A stretch of 64,000 nt of DNA from Candidatus Delongbacteria bacterium (GCA_963663545.1 OY760505.1:2464001-2528000); one strand, 5' to 3'. Counted from the first letter of the stretch, positions 46,877-59,296 are shown. The notes: generated by a model not told the origin, from the letters alone. Made by a program: numbers and translations.

Positions 46877-49800
46877 GACCCAGGCGCTGGGTGATAGCGC
46901 TGCTGCTTTCCCTAGGCCTGCTAGCCGCGGGATCGCTGCTGCTCTGGCACACGCTGCACGTCGAACAACGTCTGCGTGATACGCTTGTTCAGGCACTGCA
47001 AACCGCGGGGATGAGCGGTGTTGAGCTGGGACGAGTCCGGCCCTTTGTCATTGGACTTGAGCTGCGGGATCTGGAACTCACGCTGCCCGGCGAAAACCTA
47101 CGTCTGCACATCGACCGGGTGCGGCTGCGCGCTTCCCTGATTCACTGGTTGCGCAACGAACGCGAACCCATCAGTGCCATCAGGCGTGTCGAACTACACG
47201 GACCCAGCCTGCAGCTGGCCTTGGGTGATACAAAGACAATCGGAACCGGCAACCTTGGAAAGAGCTTCAGCCCAGAAGAAGGGCTGAGCGAGGCGGAAGC
47301 GGGCCGGTTGGAGCAGTTACTGGCGCTACTGCCAGAAGTCTACTTGCGCAACGGACGCATCGAGCTGGCCGGACCCTTTGTCGGTGATACATCACGGCTG
47401 GTGCTGGATGAGCTGGATGGCTCCCTGGCGATGCGAGAGGGGCAGCTCTACATGCTCCTGCAGAGTCGTCTCTTGGATGGGCACCGTCGCGGGTTGCACG
47501 CGTCGATGGTGCTCAAGCAGGCATCGCTAAGCGGTGAGTTCAATCTGCAGATTGATACGCTCAGTCTGAGTGCTGCGAGCCTGAGTGCAGTGCCCGAGGG
47601 GGTTCGCGGAGAGCTCTGTTGCGGAATGGACATTGGCGGGCGTATCACACGTGGCGCACTGGATAGCCTTCGTGGCGATGGCTGGATGGCCGTGGATAGT
47701 CTGCAGCTCAAGCCGGAGTTTGTGCTTTCGTATCACAGCCCTCTAGCGTTGGACCTGAACGGTGTGCATGTCGACGACGGTCGCCTTCGGTGGGGCGAGC
47801 AGGAGATTCACCTGCAAGCGGACACGGATCTATTGCTGCGAGAGTTCAACCTGTGCGCCGAGAGCCAGGACCTTCCGCTGCGGACGGTGCTCCAACAGGC
47901 GGGTCGGCCCGAAGACCTGGACGGCCGCATCAGCCTGAGTGCCGAGCTCGAGCGTGATACAACAGGCATGCATTCCACGCTGAAAATGTCCGTTGCCGAT
48001 CTCAGTGTGCAGGGGCGGGCCGCTGGTGCCCTGCAACTGCGTGCTCATTTGCAGCAAGAAGAGCTGGTATGTGACACACTGCTGTGGGTGAATAGACATC
48101 AGCAAGGAGAGATCCCCGCCGGGCGTCTGCTTGCCAACGGGCAGTTTCAGTTGCCTTGGGGCGCTCACGGCACCGTTGTGAAAGACCGCATGCGTTTGCA
48201 GGCAGAGATTGCTTTACCTCATGGGGAATCAGGGGGGGAATCCAGTCTGCATTTCGCGGGCAGTATCATGAGTCCGTTGCCCGTGCTCGCTACTCTTAGG
48301 CGTGAAGGAGTACTGGATTCCCTGCAGGCCCAGATCACCGTGGACCTTCTGCGCAATGCAAGCACGGTGCTAAGTCTGCATGCCAACGGAAGCCGTTCGC
48401 AAGGCAGTTTTGATCTGTTCGATCCATCCGGAGGGAAACGTGGTAGCGGCAATCTGCAGCGACAGGATTCACAATGGGCATGGTCCCTTGATGTGGACAG
48501 TCTGCAGCAGTTCAGTTCGCTGGCTGTACTACAAGATCTTCCTTTGTTGGCGGAGCGCAGTTTCAAGCTGCACGCCGATGGCCTTGACCTGGAAGCTGAG
48601 GGCGCACTTGGCATCATTGGTGGGCAGCGAGATCTACGCCTGCAGTTGCATCACACGCGAGTGGAGAAGCAGAGTCACTTCCTTGCCACACTGGTGCAAC
48701 GGGAGCGCCTGCTGGACCGTCGGCTGGGAGAGGTGGAATTCACTGTAGACGGTGAGCGTTTGCAGTGTGAGCGTGTTACACTGCTTGAGCAGTTGAATGG
48801 ATCTGGATGGGTAGATCTGCTGAATTCCTCTTATTTGCTTGACATCGAATGCAACGATCTCGATCTGGATAATGTGATGCGAGCGCTGGCTCCCGCTCAG
48901 TTGCCTGGGTATTCGCTGGGACATCTCAGCCTGCTGCTTGCCGGCGAGGGCGATCTCGCGCATCCGGGTTTGCGTGGTGGTCTTGAATACCGAAACCGCC
49001 TGGGTGAAGCGCCATTTGTGTTACGCGGCGACATCATTGTGGCCGACACCTTGCTTGAAGTAAGTCGCGGCGGGTTGAGTTTGGTTGGTCACGACCTGGC
49101 CGAGTTGGAGCTGAAACACAATCCTGTGGAGAATCGCGGCGAACTGAAGGGCTCCCTTACGCGAATTCGCCTTGAAGAGTTGTACAGCGCCATTACCACC
49201 GGACGTCTGGACTCCCTGGGAGCCTCAGAGTCGCGGGAGAAGGGCGTGCTTGCGTTCTTGAACTGGCTTCCCTTCCTGGGGCGCGACGAAGAGGGTGATA
49301 TAGACAGGTCTTCAAACAGTCCGCTACGCGGGAACACGCAAGGGGAGTTGGCGATGGCCTGGAGCAAGGAGCGGGGCCTCGAACTCTCACTGCAAGCGGC
49401 CGCCGACAGCCTGGTGCTGGCGGGGCGTCGTTTTTCCAGAGCCAATATCAGCTTGATGCGTGATACAAACACAGCTGATGGTGTCCTTCGTCTCGATTCC
49501 CTTGTTGTAGCACGATCGCAACCGGAGTTTGCTCTACATCTTGCCGGTGAGCTTCCCTACACCGATCAGGGGGAGCTGGATCTGGTACTGGAAATGCAAG
49601 GTGACCTGTTGGAACCCCTGACGGTCACTTCGGAGGGAGGGCGCAGTTCCTTCTGGCGCAAAGCTTCCGGACCGGGCGGTGTGCACGTAGAGGTGGGTGG
49701 AAGCTACACAGAGCCCCAGTTACGAAGCGGACGCGTATGGATTCACGAAGGCTATGCAGAGATGAAGTACATCTTCCGTAGCCTGGATCACGTGAACATT

Positions 49801-51213
49801 GAAATGGAAGTCGCCAACAATCAGTTGACGATCCAGAAGTTTGACGCCCAGGTTCCAGGCGGCTACGCGCGTATTCGCAATCTGCCCGGCACGGTTGTGG
49901 ACGGCGTGGAACTGGAGCCTTGGGTGATTCCGGGCATTGAATTGGATTTGGGCGTGCTGACCTGGGAGACGCTGGATCGCCGAGGGCATCCTGGAAGTGT
50001 GGAGTTGGTGCTTCCCGGCTTCATGGAAGACGACTGGGATGCCAAGGTGCTGCTGCGAGGCCTGCGGCCTGGCGAGCTGACCTATGTTGCCGGTCCAATG
50101 GAAGAGCCACGCTTGATTGGGCGCCTGGAGGTTCACTCGGGCGAGTTTACCTATCCGCCGATCAAATCCGGGGGACCTCCGGATGCGATTACCACCTGGA
50201 TTCTGGCGGCATTGGAGGCGGCTCAGTGGGATGTGGAACTGGTGGTCGGCCGCAATCTGAATTACACCTACACGCACCAGGGCTTCGAGACTTTGCCCGT
50301 GTTCAACCGGCTGAAAACGGTGTTGGACCGCGTCGCTGTGGATCTTTCCATCGATCCGTCCAACGATCCCGTTCACATTCGCGGTCGTATGCTCGATGGG
50401 GACTTCCATTTGCTCGGGCGCATGACCTCGACCGAGGGAACCATTAATGCCATCGGCCGCCAGTTTCGCATCGAACAGGCTGGCATGGAGTTCGATGCTT
50501 CCAGCATGCTTCCCGTTGTCTGGGGCCGTGCCGCGTATTACGGCGTTGAGGACACCGAGGAGTCCATCTTCCAGCAGGGCACTCAGAGCTATGACGCGGG
50601 TCAAATGTTTCTTGAGTTGGCCGGGCGCGATGAGATGGGATCGCGTGTCACACGTGTGCGCTGGGACGAGGCCGTGTTGGAGCTTGTGGATTCCGAGGGC
50701 AACACGGCCAATGACAACCTGGAGAATGAACAGGATCTGCTAAGCGAATTTGGCTACGGCGCCGACCAGTTCAGTGCTGAGGAGATGATTCCCGGCATGG
50801 TAGCGGGCTTCATCGATCTGCCTCTGGGCAACGTCGAATCACGCCTGCGTCGCGAGCTGGGCTTGGATCTGGTCAAGATCTACGTACCGCTGGTGCGCAA
50901 TGCGGTGGAAGGCTTGTTTGTCGATACGCGCCAGAGTCTGCTCTCGCAGTCCTACCTGAGCTACCTGCAGGGCTCCCGTCTGGTGTTGGGCAAGTCAATT
51001 GGCCCGCGCTATTTCGCCACGTGGACCGGCCAGCTGACCACCGCGCCTTCCGTGGAGAGTGACGAGGTCAACCTGTACCAGCGCTTCAGTCTGGAATACA
51101 ATGTGAACTACAACCTCACGCTGACGGGCGAGCTGGTGTTTGATCCCTGGCGCCATGGCGGTGTGTACACTGGCGATCCACGAATGCTGCTGCGTTACCG
51201 TTTGTATTACTGA
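46873..51213 (+). CDS. Large TamB/AsmA-like envelope protein
   Basis: About 1446 aa with one N-terminal TM anchor, continuous beta-rich repeats and a C-terminal 'LGKSIG..YF...LEYNVN' resembling DUF490. The ATG at 46873 overlaps the uppS stop. Confidence 0.65.
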   Translation: MRPRRWVIALLLSLGLLAAGSLLLWHTLHVEQRLRDTLVQALQTAGMSGVELGRVRPFVIGLELRDLELTLPGENLRLHIDRVRLRASLIHWLRNEREPISAIRRVELHGPSLQLALGDTKTIGTGNLGKSFSPEEGLSEAEAGRLEQLLALLPEVYLRNGRIELAGPFVGDTSRLVLDELDGSLAMREGQLYMLLQSRLLDGHRRGLHASMVLKQASLSGEFNLQIDTLSLSAASLSAVPEGVRGELCCGMDIGGRITRGALDSLRGDGWMAVDSLQLKPEFVLSYHSPLALDLNGVHVDDGRLRWGEQEIHLQADTDLLLREFNLCAESQDLPLRTVLQQAGRPEDLDGRISLSAELERDTTGMHSTLKMSVADLSVQGRAAGALQLRAHLQQEELVCDTLLWVNRHQQGEIPAGRLLANGQFQLPWGAHGTVVKDRMRLQAEIALPHGESGGESSLHFAGSIMSPLPVLATLRREGVLDSLQAQITVDLLRNASTVLSLHANGSRSQGSFDLFDPSGGKRGSGNLQRQDSQWAWSLDVDSLQQFSSLAVLQDLPLLAERSFKLHADGLDLEAEGALGIIGGQRDLRLQLHHTRVEKQSHFLATLVQRERLLDRRLGEVEFTVDGERLQCERVTLLEQLNGSGWVDLLNSSYLLDIECNDLDLDNVMRALAPAQLPGYSLGHLSLLLAGEGDLAHPGLRGGLEYRNRLGEAPFVLRGDIIVADTLLEVSRGGLSLVGHDLAELELKHNPVENRGELKGSLTRIRLEELYSAITTGRLDSLGASESREKGVLAFLNWLPFLGRDEEGDIDRSSNSPLRGNTQGELAMAWSKERGLELSLQAAADSLVLAGRRFSRANISLMRDTNTADGVLRLDSLVVARSQPEFALHLAGELPYTDQGELDLVLEMQGDLLEPLTVTSEGGRSSFWRKASGPGGVHVEVGGSYTEPQLRSGRVWIHEGYAEMKYIFRSLDHVNIEMEVANNQLTIQKFDAQVPGGYARIRNLPGTVVDGVELEPWVIPGIELDLGVLTWETLDRRGHPGSVELVLPGFMEDDWDAKVLLRGLRPGELTYVAGPMEEPRLIGRLEVHSGEFTYPPIKSGGPPDAITTWILAALEAAQWDVELVVGRNLNYTYTHQGFETLPVFNRLKTVLDRVAVDLSIDPSNDPVHIRGRMLDGDFHLLGRMTSTEGTINAIGRQFRIEQAGMEFDASSMLPVVWGRAAYYGVEDTEESIFQQGTQSYDAGQMFLELAGRDEMGSRVTRVRWDEAVLELVDSEGNTANDNLENEQDLLSEFGYGADQFSAEEMIPGMVAGFIDLPLGNVESRLRRELGLDLVKIYVPLVRNAVEGLFVDTRQSLLSQSYLSYLQGSRLVLGKSIGPRYFATWTGQLTTAPSVESDEVNLYQRFSLEYNVNYNLTLTGELVFDPWRHGGVYTGDPRMLLRYRLYY

Positions 51214-51240
51214 TTCGGTGATACAATCGGACGGCAAACA

Positions 51241-51264
51241 AAAACCCCCGCCGAAGCGGGGGTT
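51241..51264. terminator. Terminator hairpin between the convergent TamB-like gene and chemoreceptor 1
   Basis: AACCCCCGC-CGAA-GCGGGGGTT. The A-run on the left gives a U tail on the minus strand. Confidence 0.8.
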
Positions 51265-51285
51265 GCTCGTTTCTGTGACACAGGA

Positions 51286-52974
51286 TCAGCTGCTGCGCAT
51301 CTCCTCGAGGAACTCCACCATGGCCTGCTGCATCTGCGTCGCTTGCGCACTCAACTCGGCGGCGCTTCTGTTGATGCTGCTTGCCAACTCGCCGGTGCTG
51401 GCGGCCGCCGAACTCACACCCGAGATGTTCTGTGTTACATCACTGGTGCCGGTTGCCGCCTGCTGAATGTTCTGGGCAATCTCATTGGTGGTCGCCGACT
51501 GCTCTTCAACAGCAGAGGCAATGCTGTTGGAGGCTTCCGCCAGCTGCTCAATGGTTTGGCTGATGGCCGAAATGCCTTCGGTGGCTGTGGTTGTCGCCGA
51601 CTGGACTTCATTGATCTGTCGCGCGATGTTCTCGGTGGCCTCTGCGGTTTGGTTGGCCAAGGTCTTCACTTCGGCGGCCACAACGGCAAAGCCCTTGCCC
51701 GACTCACCTGCGCGCGCAGCCTCGATGGTTGCATTCAGTGCCAGCAGATTGGTCTGCTCAGCAATGGAGGTGATCATCTCAAGGATCTCGCCAATCTGAC
51801 GTGCCGTCAAATTGAGCTGATTCATCTCACCGGTAACAGCGGTTGCACGACGAACTGCTTCTGCCGCCACTTCCACCGTGTTGGCGACCTGCTGGCTGAT
51901 TTCGTTGACCGTAGTGGCCAGCTCTTCCGTAGCACCGGCTACCGTGGTCACATTGGTCGAGGCTTCTTCGGCAGCGGCGGCCACGTTGGCAGCGCGATCA
52001 TTGGTGCTGTTGGCGTTGTCCATCATGGCGTCTGCGGCGTGAGCCAGCTGAATTGAAGCGGCAGCAATGGCTTCTACCATCGACTGCATGCGCTCCTCAA
52101 AACTGTTGGCCATGGCGTTGAGGGCCGCCTTGCGCTCCGCACGTGCGCTTTGCTCCATCTCTTCCTGCTCGGCCTTTAGCTGCTGGTTTTCCAATGCGTT
52201 GTTGCGGAAGACCTCCAGCGAGCGCGCCAGCGCACCAATCTCATTCTGGCGATCTGTGTGCCGGACGGTAATGGTCAGGTCGCCGTCGGCAAGCGCGGTC
52301 ATCGAGTCCGTCAGAGTGCTGAGGGGAGCATCAATTCCTTTGATGATGCGTCCGGAGAAGACGATGGCGATGACGATCACCACGGTCAGTCCGATGAGAG
52401 AGTAGAGCAGACTGCTCCAGAATGCGTGTGACACATCATTCATATACAGGCCGGAGCAGATGACCCAACCCCACTCAGGCAGCAGCTTGCCGCAGCCGGT
52501 TTTGGGCAGCAGCTTCTCCGTAACTGGATGCGGCCAATGATAGGTGACGAAGCCGAAGCCGTCGCGTGCGACGGTGGCCGCCAGCTCGTCGAAGAACATC
52601 TTGCCTTTTTTATCCTTGTAGCCCACCATGCTTTGGCCCTCGAGCTGTGGCTTGATGGGGTGAATAATCATGTGGTTGTCCAGGCTCGTGACATAGAGGT
52701 AATTGCCCTCGCCGTAGCGAATGGCAACAATGGCCTCCTTGGCCGCAGCTTGTGCTTCGACACGCGTCATCTTACCTGCGGCTTCCTCCTTGGCGTAGTG
52801 CTCAGCAATGGTCCAGGCGGACTCCATGATGTGCGTCATCTCGTCCTTGAAGGCGGCTTCTGTATCCACACGTACTTCAACGGCGTCAATCAATGCCAGC
52901 AGCACAGTGGCCAACGCGAACACCACTACTACCAGACGGATCTGCCATCGGATAGGACGATGGGCAATCTTCAT
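51286..52974 (-). CDS. Methyl-accepting chemotaxis protein 1 (sCache_2 sensor, HAMP)
   Basis: Sensor motifs '[11 protein letters not shown]...HPIKP.LEG', 'GFVTYHWP' and 'WGWVICSG'; hairpin '[30 protein letters not shown]'. Confidence 0.95.
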   Translation of the reverse strand: MKIAHRPIRWQIRLVVVVFALATVLLALIDAVEVRVDTEAAFKDEMTHIMESAWTIAEHYAKEEAAGKMTRVEAQAAAKEAIVAIRYGEGNYLYVTSLDNHMIIHPIKPQLEGQSMVGYKDKKGKMFFDELAATVARDGFGFVTYHWPHPVTEKLLPKTGCGKLLPEWGWVICSGLYMNDVSHAFWSSLLYSLIGLTVVIVIAIVFSGRIIKGIDAPLSTLTDSMTALADGDLTITVRHTDRQNEIGALARSLEVFRNNALENQQLKAEQEEMEQSARAERKAALNAMANSFEERMQSMVEAIAAASIQLAHAADAMMDNANSTNDRAANVAAAAEEASTNVTTVAGATEELATTVNEISQQVANTVEVAAEAVRRATAVTGEMNQLNLTARQIGEILEMITSIAEQTNLLALNATIEAARAGESGKGFAVVAAEVKTLANQTAEATENIARQINEVQSATTTATEGISAISQTIEQLAEASNSIASAVEEQSATTNEIAQNIQQAATGTSDVTQNISGVSSAAASTGELASSINRSAAELSAQATQMQQAMVEFLEEMRSS

Positions 52975-53050
52975 GTCATTCTCCAGTGCAGTTCTTTGAT
53001 GCAGGGCCCACTTGGAGCGCGGAGGTCGCGCCAGTTCCGTAACCCAGTTT

Positions 53051-53078
53051 CTATCGACATCAGAGTTGCTACTATTCA
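53051..53078 (-). promoter_or_regulatory. Sigma28 (FliA/SigD)-type promoter of chemoreceptor 1
   Basis: TGAA-N16-GTCGATAG on the minus strand. Confidence 0.7.
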
Positions 53079-53223
53079 GAGCAGGAGTGTTAAATGTTAA
53101 ACACTGTTATGGGGGGTGGGCAAACCAAAGCGGAGAAGGGGAAGAGTTAGCGTTTATTCAGCTTGCGCCACTTGAGTGGGAGTAAGCGGAGCAACAGGCG
53201 CATCCGAGAATACCTGTATAGAG

Positions 53224-53245
53224 AAAGCCCCTGCGAGCAGGGGCT
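53224..53245 (-). terminator. Terminator after chemoreceptor 2
   Basis: AGCCCCTGC-GA-GCAGGGGCT with an A-run on the left. Confidence 0.7.
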
Positions 53246-53271
53246 GGTTGCTTAGGGATGTCGGCCGTGGT

Positions 53272-55425
53272 TTAGGCGGCTCGCATTTCGGACAGGAAGG
53301 CGCTCATGGCTTCGCGCATTTCCTCGGCCTGTACCGAAAGCTGACCTGCGGCCTGAGCCACACCTCCAGCGATCGAGCCTGTACTGGCGGCGGCTTCGCT
53401 GACATCGGCGATGTTGCGTGTCACCTCGGTGGTGCCGGTGGCCGCTTGCTGTACATTTTGAGCAATCTCATTGGTGGTGACGGTTTGTTCTTCTACCGCA
53501 CTGGCGATGCTGGAACTGACCTCGCTGATTCGCTCGATGGTATCCTTGATGTTCAGGATGCTGTTGGTCGCCTGGTCGGTGGCCATCTGCACCTCGTGGA
53601 TGCGATTGGCGATGTTCTCGGTTGCCTCTGCAGTCTGGTTGGCCAGGGTTTTCACCTCGGCGGCCACCACGGCAAAGCCCTTGCCCGAATCACCGGCGCG
53701 TGCGGCTTCGATCGTTGCGTTCAGCGCCAGCAAGTTGGTCTGCTCGGCAATGGAGGTGATCAGCTCCAGAATCTCGCCAATCTGCCGGGCCGTGAGGTTG
53801 AGCGCCTCCATCTGTGCCGTGACTTCCACCGATCCACTGACGGCGCTGTTTGCTACCTGAACGGCACTACTCACCTGTTGACTGATTTCCAGCACCGTGG
53901 CGGAAAGCTCCTCGGCAGCACTGGCAACTACGGTGACGTTGGCGGCAGCCTGCTCCGCGGCTGCGGCCACGGCCACGCTGCGATCGCTGGTGGCACCGGC
54001 ATTGCTGCGCATGCTTTCGGCGTTCAGAGCCAGTTCGGTTGAGGCTGCGGAAACGGCTTCCATTACCGCCTGCATGGACTGCTCGATGCGGTCCGCCAAC
54101 TCCAGAGTGGCCTGGCGGCGTTCCGCTGCCGCTTTGCGCTGCAGCTCTTCCTGCTCCTGCTTGAGGCGCAAGTTGTCCTGGGCATTCTCTTTGAACACGC
54201 TCAGCGCCTGGGCCAGGTCGCCCACTTCATCCTGCTGATTCAGGAATCGAATTGATGTATCTAGTTCACCATCGGCAATGCTGCGCATGTCATCGCGGAT
54301 TTGCAGCAGCGGGCCTGAAATACTGGCGCCAATCCAGCGGCCAATTGCTAGGCAGCCAGCTGCAGCGGCGAGCAAGAGCAGCGCCATCCAACCCAGCAGG
54401 CTGTGCGCCGAGTGCAGGGCTTCCGCCTTGTCGATTTCAGCCAGCACCGACCAGCGAGTTCCGTGAAACTCTACGCTGTTGAAGGAGGAGAGAACGCTGA
54501 CGCCGCGATAATCGTCGCAGACAATGCAGTCCTTTCCGCCGGAGTTGGCGCTGCGCGTGGCCTCTGTGCGTACTTCGCGCTCCAGAATGGTGCTTTCGCT
54601 GGAGAAGCGGGAATCGGAGAGCATCAGGCCGTTCTGGCTCACGATGTAGCTTTCACCCGTTTCGCCCAGTCCGGCTGTTTCTTGCATGATGCCGTTGAGT
54701 TCGCCAATGGGCATCTGGAAGGCCAACACGCCCACCACCTGATTCTGACGATTGCGAATGGCCGTCCCAATGAAGGAGGCCGGCACGTCGTGCGAAGGTG
54801 CGTAGGGGTCGAAGTCGTCAAAGTAGACATGGTCCTCGGCATTCGCGGCGGCCAGCGCGGCCCGGAACGTCTCACCCAGGCCAGTATCCTTCCACTCGCC
54901 GTTGTTCAGGTTGGTGGCGTAATCGTACTCCTTGAACACGGTGTAGACCAGGTTGCCCTTGGTGTCAAAGAGGAAGATGTCGTAGTAGCCACGGCGCTCG
55001 AGGAAGTTCTTGAACCAGGGATGGAAGCGCTTGTGGAACTGGCTATAGGCGCTGCTATCCGGGGCAAACATCAACTGATGCTTTTCGCCCAGCGGATGCG
55101 GGTTGGCGTCAATGTACTGGTGCTGCAGATAGCCCATGGCGTCGCCGGTGCTGGCCTGCAGGCTGGCGTAGGCGTCCGAGTAGTCATAGAGGGCGTCCAG
55201 AGTCTGCTCGCTGGCCGCAGTTGTAATCAGGTCGTCCTCGATGGAGCCGAGGTAGTCGTTCAACTGGTTCGTGCGTGCGGCACAGACGGCGGTGAGTTTC
55301 GCTTTCTCGGAATTGAGCAGTGCATGGGAAGCCGCGAAGTAGGAAATGCTGCCTACAACAATTGCGGTCATGATGGCCAATCCTGCGAGGGCCAGGGGAA
55401 TGCGCTGTTTAATCGTGAGCTTCAT
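53272..55425 (-). CDS. Methyl-accepting chemotaxis protein 2 (dCache-type sensor)
   Basis: Sensor motifs '[25 protein letters not shown]' and 'GLGETGESY', HAMP domain and the MCP hairpin. Confidence 0.95.
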   Translation of the reverse strand: MKLTIKQRIPLALAGLAIMTAIVVGSISYFAASHALLNSEKAKLTAVCAARTNQLNDYLGSIEDDLITTAASEQTLDALYDYSDAYASLQASTGDAMGYLQHQYIDANPHPLGEKHQLMFAPDSSAYSQFHKRFHPWFKNFLERRGYYDIFLFDTKGNLVYTVFKEYDYATNLNNGEWKDTGLGETFRAALAAANAEDHVYFDDFDPYAPSHDVPASFIGTAIRNRQNQVVGVLAFQMPIGELNGIMQETAGLGETGESYIVSQNGLMLSDSRFSSESTILEREVRTEATRSANSGGKDCIVCDDYRGVSVLSSFNSVEFHGTRWSVLAEIDKAEALHSAHSLLGWMALLLLAAAAGCLAIGRWIGASISGPLLQIRDDMRSIADGELDTSIRFLNQQDEVGDLAQALSVFKENAQDNLRLKQEQEELQRKAAAERRQATLELADRIEQSMQAVMEAVSAASTELALNAESMRSNAGATSDRSVAVAAAAEQAAANVTVVASAAEELSATVLEISQQVSSAVQVANSAVSGSVEVTAQMEALNLTARQIGEILELITSIAEQTNLLALNATIEAARAGDSGKGFAVVAAEVKTLANQTAEATENIANRIHEVQMATDQATNSILNIKDTIERISEVSSSIASAVEEQTVTTNEIAQNVQQAATGTTEVTRNIADVSEAAASTGSIAGGVAQAAGQLSVQAEEMREAMSAFLSEMRAA

Positions 55426-55531
55426 ACCTGATCTCCTGATGACCCAGGGTTCATGGTCGATGCCGGATGCGGGCCATGTTTTGTTTGCTGTTTCCAGGAA
55501 GCTGCAGGGTTACTTCCTCCGGCGAAGCAGA

Positions 55532-55559
55532 GTATCGGTGCAAACGTGAATCGATTTTA
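55532..55559 (-). promoter_or_regulatory. Sigma28-type promoter of chemoreceptor 2
   Basis: TAAA-N16-ACCGATAC on the minus strand. Confidence 0.7.
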
Positions 55560-55668
55560 ACTTTGCGTGAAAATAGAGCTAATTTTATATCATAACGATG
55601 GTATTTGTTCAGAAATTGGCTTAGATGACACGGTGAGCTACTTTATTACAAATGGCGTGCGGCGTATG

Positions 55669-55691
55669 AAAAAGCCCCCGAAATGGGGGCT
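55669..55691 (-). terminator. Terminator after chemoreceptor 3
   Basis: AAAAAGCCCCC-GAAAT-GGGGGCT. Confidence 0.75.
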
Positions 55692-55718
55692 CGTTGTTCA
55701 CAGGATGGAAGAAAGTGG

Positions 55719-57413
55719 TTAGCTGCGGCGCATCTCTACCAGAAATGCGTTCATGGCTTCGCGCATAGATTCGGCCTGCAACGAAAGTTCACCTGCCGCA
55801 AGGGAGACGCTTTGCGCAATGGAGCCTGTGTTTCCGGCGGCCTCGTTGACATCGGCGATGTTGCGTGTCACGTCATTGGTGCCGGCAGCGGCCTGCTGCA
55901 CATTCTGAGCGATTTCGCTGGTGGTCGCGCTCTGCTCTTCCACGGCGCCTGCAATGCTGGAGGAGACTTCGCTGATGCGCTCGATGGTCTCGCGGATGGC
56001 CGCGATGCTGGTGGTGGCTTCTTTGGTGGCCTGCTGCACTTCGTTGATCTGGCGGGCGATGTCGTCGGTTGCCTCTGCGGTCTGGTTGGCTAGGGTTTTC
56101 ACCTCGGCGGCTACAACAGCGAAGCCCTTGCCCGATTCACCGGCGCGTGCCGCTTCGATGGTGGCGTTCAGCGCCAGCAGGTTGGTCTGCTCGGCAATGG
56201 AATTGATCAGTTCCAGAATCTCGCCAATTTGCCGTGCTGTGCGATTGAGTGCCTCCATCTGGTCACTGACTTTGACCGAGCCCACAACGGCATCGGTGGC
56301 GACCTGCACGGCGGTTGCCACTTGCTGGCTGATTTCGTTGACGGTTGCGGCTAGCTGCTCGGCTGCGCTGGCTACGGTGGCCACATTGGTTGCGGCTTCT
56401 TCGGCTGCGGCTGCAACCGTTGCGCTGCGATCGCTGGTGGCACCCGCGTTGTTCTGCATTTCTTCCGCGCTGTGCGCCAATTGGGTGGCTGCCGCCGCGA
56501 CGGACTCCATCACGCTCTGCATGCGTTCCTCAATGCGGTCGGCAAGTTGCAGTGTTGCCTGACGACGGTCCTCGGCCGCCTGACGTTCCGCCTGCTGCTG
56601 AGCGACCTTCAGCCGCTCTACTTCCTTGGAGTTTTCGCTCAGAATCATCAGCGCCTTGGCCAGGGTACCGATTTCATTGCTCTGTTCACTGGTCCCCAAT
56701 TCAATGTGAATGTCGTAGTCGCCGGAGCTAAGCTGATTCACTGCGCTTAGAATGGCAGCCAGGGGCTGAATGATTTTGCGCTGCACCACCAGGAAGGCGG
56801 TCACGCAGAGCGCAGCGCCCACGAGCGCGATGAAAAGGAAGATGATGTTCAGAGTGCTGCGATAGGCCTGAATGGCTTGATGGTCGCTTTCGGCTTCAGC
56901 TAGGCTGAAATCGGTCAGCGCATTCAAACCTTCGCGCATATCGCCGAAACTGGGCTCGTAGCGCTGACTGAAGTATTGCAGGCAAGCGTCCAGGTCCTCG
57001 GCTGCTACTAGCCGAAGCATTTCTGCCGTTGCCTTGGACCATGCCTCGTAGCGGGGATAGAACTGCTTGACCTGATCCTGCACGGCTGCCTTTTCGTCGG
57101 TCATTAATCCGGCAAAGACGTCGTAGCGTTGCTTGACCTGCTCGAGATTGGTGTTGACATCGTCTATCAGCGAGGCCGAGTTTGCCTCTTCGCCTATCCC
57201 CAGCCGCTGCAGCATGGTCGTCAGCGCCAGATTGGACTGGTAGGCGTCGCGATCCCCTTCCACCAGGCGGTTGATGGAGACCAGCCTGACGGTGTAGATC
57301 GAATCACTGCGCTTGCTGATTTGCATGGTGAATACTGCGGCAACGATCATTGCCAGCAGGGTGATGGCCGTCAGCGTGAGGATAATGCTGAGAATGCGGG
57401 ATTTGATAGACAT
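55719..57413 (-). CDS. Methyl-accepting chemotaxis protein 3 (four-helix-bundle sensor)
   Basis: Two TM helices flank an all-helical periplasmic region ('IYTVRLVSI...DRDAYQS'), followed by HAMP and the MCP hairpin. Confidence 0.93.
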   Translation of the reverse strand: MSIKSRILSIILTLTAITLLAMIVAAVFTMQISKRSDSIYTVRLVSINRLVEGDRDAYQSNLALTTMLQRLGIGEEANSASLIDDVNTNLEQVKQRYDVFAGLMTDEKAAVQDQVKQFYPRYEAWSKATAEMLRLVAAEDLDACLQYFSQRYEPSFGDMREGLNALTDFSLAEAESDHQAIQAYRSTLNIIFLFIALVGAALCVTAFLVVQRKIIQPLAAILSAVNQLSSGDYDIHIELGTSEQSNEIGTLAKALMILSENSKEVERLKVAQQQAERQAAEDRRQATLQLADRIEERMQSVMESVAAAATQLAHSAEEMQNNAGATSDRSATVAAAAEEAATNVATVASAAEQLAATVNEISQQVATAVQVATDAVVGSVKVSDQMEALNRTARQIGEILELINSIAEQTNLLALNATIEAARAGESGKGFAVVAAEVKTLANQTAEATDDIARQINEVQQATKEATTSIAAIRETIERISEVSSSIAGAVEEQSATTSEIAQNVQQAAAGTNDVTRNIADVNEAAGNTGSIAQSVSLAAGELSLQAESMREAMNAFLVEMRRS

Positions 57414-57456
57414 GGTAGGCTCCGAGGGTAACTAGCATCGTTAAAAGTACGCGTTA

Positions 57457-57484
57457 TTATCGACGAGCTAAGGGGCCAGATTCA
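57457..57484 (-). promoter_or_regulatory. Sigma28-type promoter of chemoreceptor 3
   Basis: TGAA-N16-GTCGATAA on the minus strand. Confidence 0.7.
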
Positions 57485-57543
57485 GCGCTTTCCAGTTCGC
57501 CGTACTTCACTCGACTCCATAGACACATAGGGAGCGCGGAATG

Positions 57544-57574
57544 AAAAAACCCCCTGCAGCAGTACTACAGGGGG
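57544..57574 (-). terminator. Terminator after chemoreceptor 4
   Basis: AAAAAA-CCCCCTGCAG...CTACAGGGGG. Confidence 0.7.
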
Positions 57575-57598
57575 CGAGGTTCATTCTTGGTTGGCGCT

Positions 57599-59296
57599 TT
57601 ATCGACGCATTTCCACCAGGAAGCTGTCCATGGCCTCGCGCATTTCTTCGGCCTGCATGGAAAGCTGTCCCGCGGCCTGCGAAACGTTCTGCGCAATTGA
57701 ACCCGTGTTGCTGGCGGCGTCGCTAACCTCGGCAATGTTGCGTGTTACATCATTGGTGCCCGATGCGGCCTGCTGCACATTCTGAGCGATTTCGCTGGTG
57801 GTCGCACTCTGCTCTTCCACAGCACCGGCGATGCTCGAAGACACTTCGCTGATGCGCTCGATGGTTTCGCGAATGGCCTGAATGCTGGCGGTGGCTTCCT
57901 TTGTTGCTTGCTGTACCTCGTTGATCTGGCGAGCGATATCGTCGGTGGCCTCCGCCGTCTGGTTGGCCAACGTCTTCACTTCGGCGGCCACCACGGCAAA
58001 GCCCTTTCCTGATTCACCGGCGCGAGCGGCCTCGATGGTCGCATTCAGCGCCAGCAGATTGGTCTGCTCGGCAATGCTGTTGATCAGTTCCAGAATCTCG
58101 CCGATCTGCCGCGCGGTACCGTTAAGGGCTTCCATTTGAGCAGAAACCTTGACCGAGCCGTTGACGGCTTCGGTGGCCACCTGGACCGCCGTTGCCACCT
58201 GCTGACTGATCTCGTTCACCGTTGTCGCCAGCTCTTCGGCCGCACTGGCGACTGTGGCCACATTGGTGGCGGCTTCTTCTGCTGCTGCGGCCACCGTGAC
58301 ACTGCGATCGCTGGTAGCGCCCGCGTTGGTCTGCATTTCCTCGGCACTGTGGGCCAACTCGGTGGCTGCTGCCGCAACCGATTCCATCACGCTCTGCATG
58401 CGTTCTTCGATGCGATCGGCCAGATCCAGAATTGCACGCCGACGATCTTCCGCCGCCTGTTTCTCCATACGTTCCTGGTCTTCGCGCAGGCGCAGGTTAT
58501 CGAGGGCGTTTTCTTTGAAGACGCTTAGCGCACGGGCCAACGCGCCTATTTCATTCTGTCGCTCGCTGAACATGATATCGATGTCCAGTTCACCATCTGC
58601 CAGGCGACCCATGTCTTTCGTAATACTGGCGAGGGGAGTGTTGATCATTCTGATCACTGCGCTGGCAAGCAGCACCAGAACCAGCAGCATGGCCAGCAAC
58701 AGGGCGCTCAAGACACCGAACGATTGCCAGAAGGCTTTGGATACGTCGTTCGTGTAGACGCCCGAGCAGATCATCCAACCCCAATCCTTGAACAAATGGG
58801 CGGCTCCCAATTTGGGGCTGCCGGCATCTTCGCCAGGGCGCGGCCAGACATAGTGCACGTAGCCACGTCCATTGGCCGAGGCAAGCACTTGTTCCTTCAA
58901 TTTGCGCAAGTGGTAGATGCGCTTCTTGCTCTTGTCCTGCAGCTGATCCATGTTGTTTCCAACCAGTCCCTGACTGATGGGGTGCATCAGCATCGTGTTC
59001 TCGGAATCGGTGATGTAAATGTAGTCGCCGTTGCCGAAGCGCATGGCTCCAATGGCTCGCATTGCCTCATGTTGGGCCTGTTCGATGGGGAGCTCTCCCA
59101 GCTTCGCCTCTTCTGCGAAACTCGCAGCCACATTGACCGCGCACTCCAAGATGTGGTCCACTTCGGTTGTGAAGTCCTTCAAGGTGTCGCGCTTTTCCAT
59201 TAACGCGCTGATCAGCATCATCACAACCAGGGCGAACCCACTAATCCAAACGATCAGACGAATCTGATGGCCGAGCTTCATTCCGGTAATCTGCAT
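57599..59296 (-). CDS. Methyl-accepting chemotaxis protein 4 (sCache_2 sensor)
   Basis: GGAGGAG RBS before 59296 (MQITGM). Motifs '[10 protein letters not shown]', 'MLMHP' and '[11 protein letters not shown]', plus the MCP hairpin. Confidence 0.95.
   Translation of the reverse strand: MQITGMKLGHQIRLIVWISGFALVVMMLISALMEKRDTLKDFTTEVDHILECAVNVAASFAEEAKLGELPIEQAQHEAMRAIGAMRFGNGDYIYITDSENTMLMHPISQGLVGNNMDQLQDKSKKRIYHLRKLKEQVLASANGRGYVHYVWPRPGEDAGSPKLGAAHLFKDWGWMICSGVYTNDVSKAFWQSFGVLSALLLAMLLVLVLLASAVIRMINTPLASITKDMGRLADGELDIDIMFSERQNEIGALARALSVFKENALDNLRLREDQERMEKQAAEDRRRAILDLADRIEERMQSVMESVAAAATELAHSAEEMQTNAGATSDRSVTVAAAAEEAATNVATVASAAEELATTVNEISQQVATAVQVATEAVNGSVKVSAQMEALNGTARQIGEILELINSIAEQTNLLALNATIEAARAGESGKGFAVVAAEVKTLANQTAEATDDIARQINEVQQATKEATASIQAIRETIERISEVSSSIAGAVEEQSATTSEIAQNVQQAASGTNDVTRNIAEVSDAASNTGSIAQNVSQAAGQLSMQAEEMREAMDSFLVEMRR

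Noticed and set aside
53118..53150. GGGCAAACC in a chemoreceptor spacer, resembling the start of a c-di-GMP-I riboswitch
   Set aside because: There is no GNRA-capped stem or following GACGCAAAG element, and it lies on the strand opposite the chemoreceptor genes.
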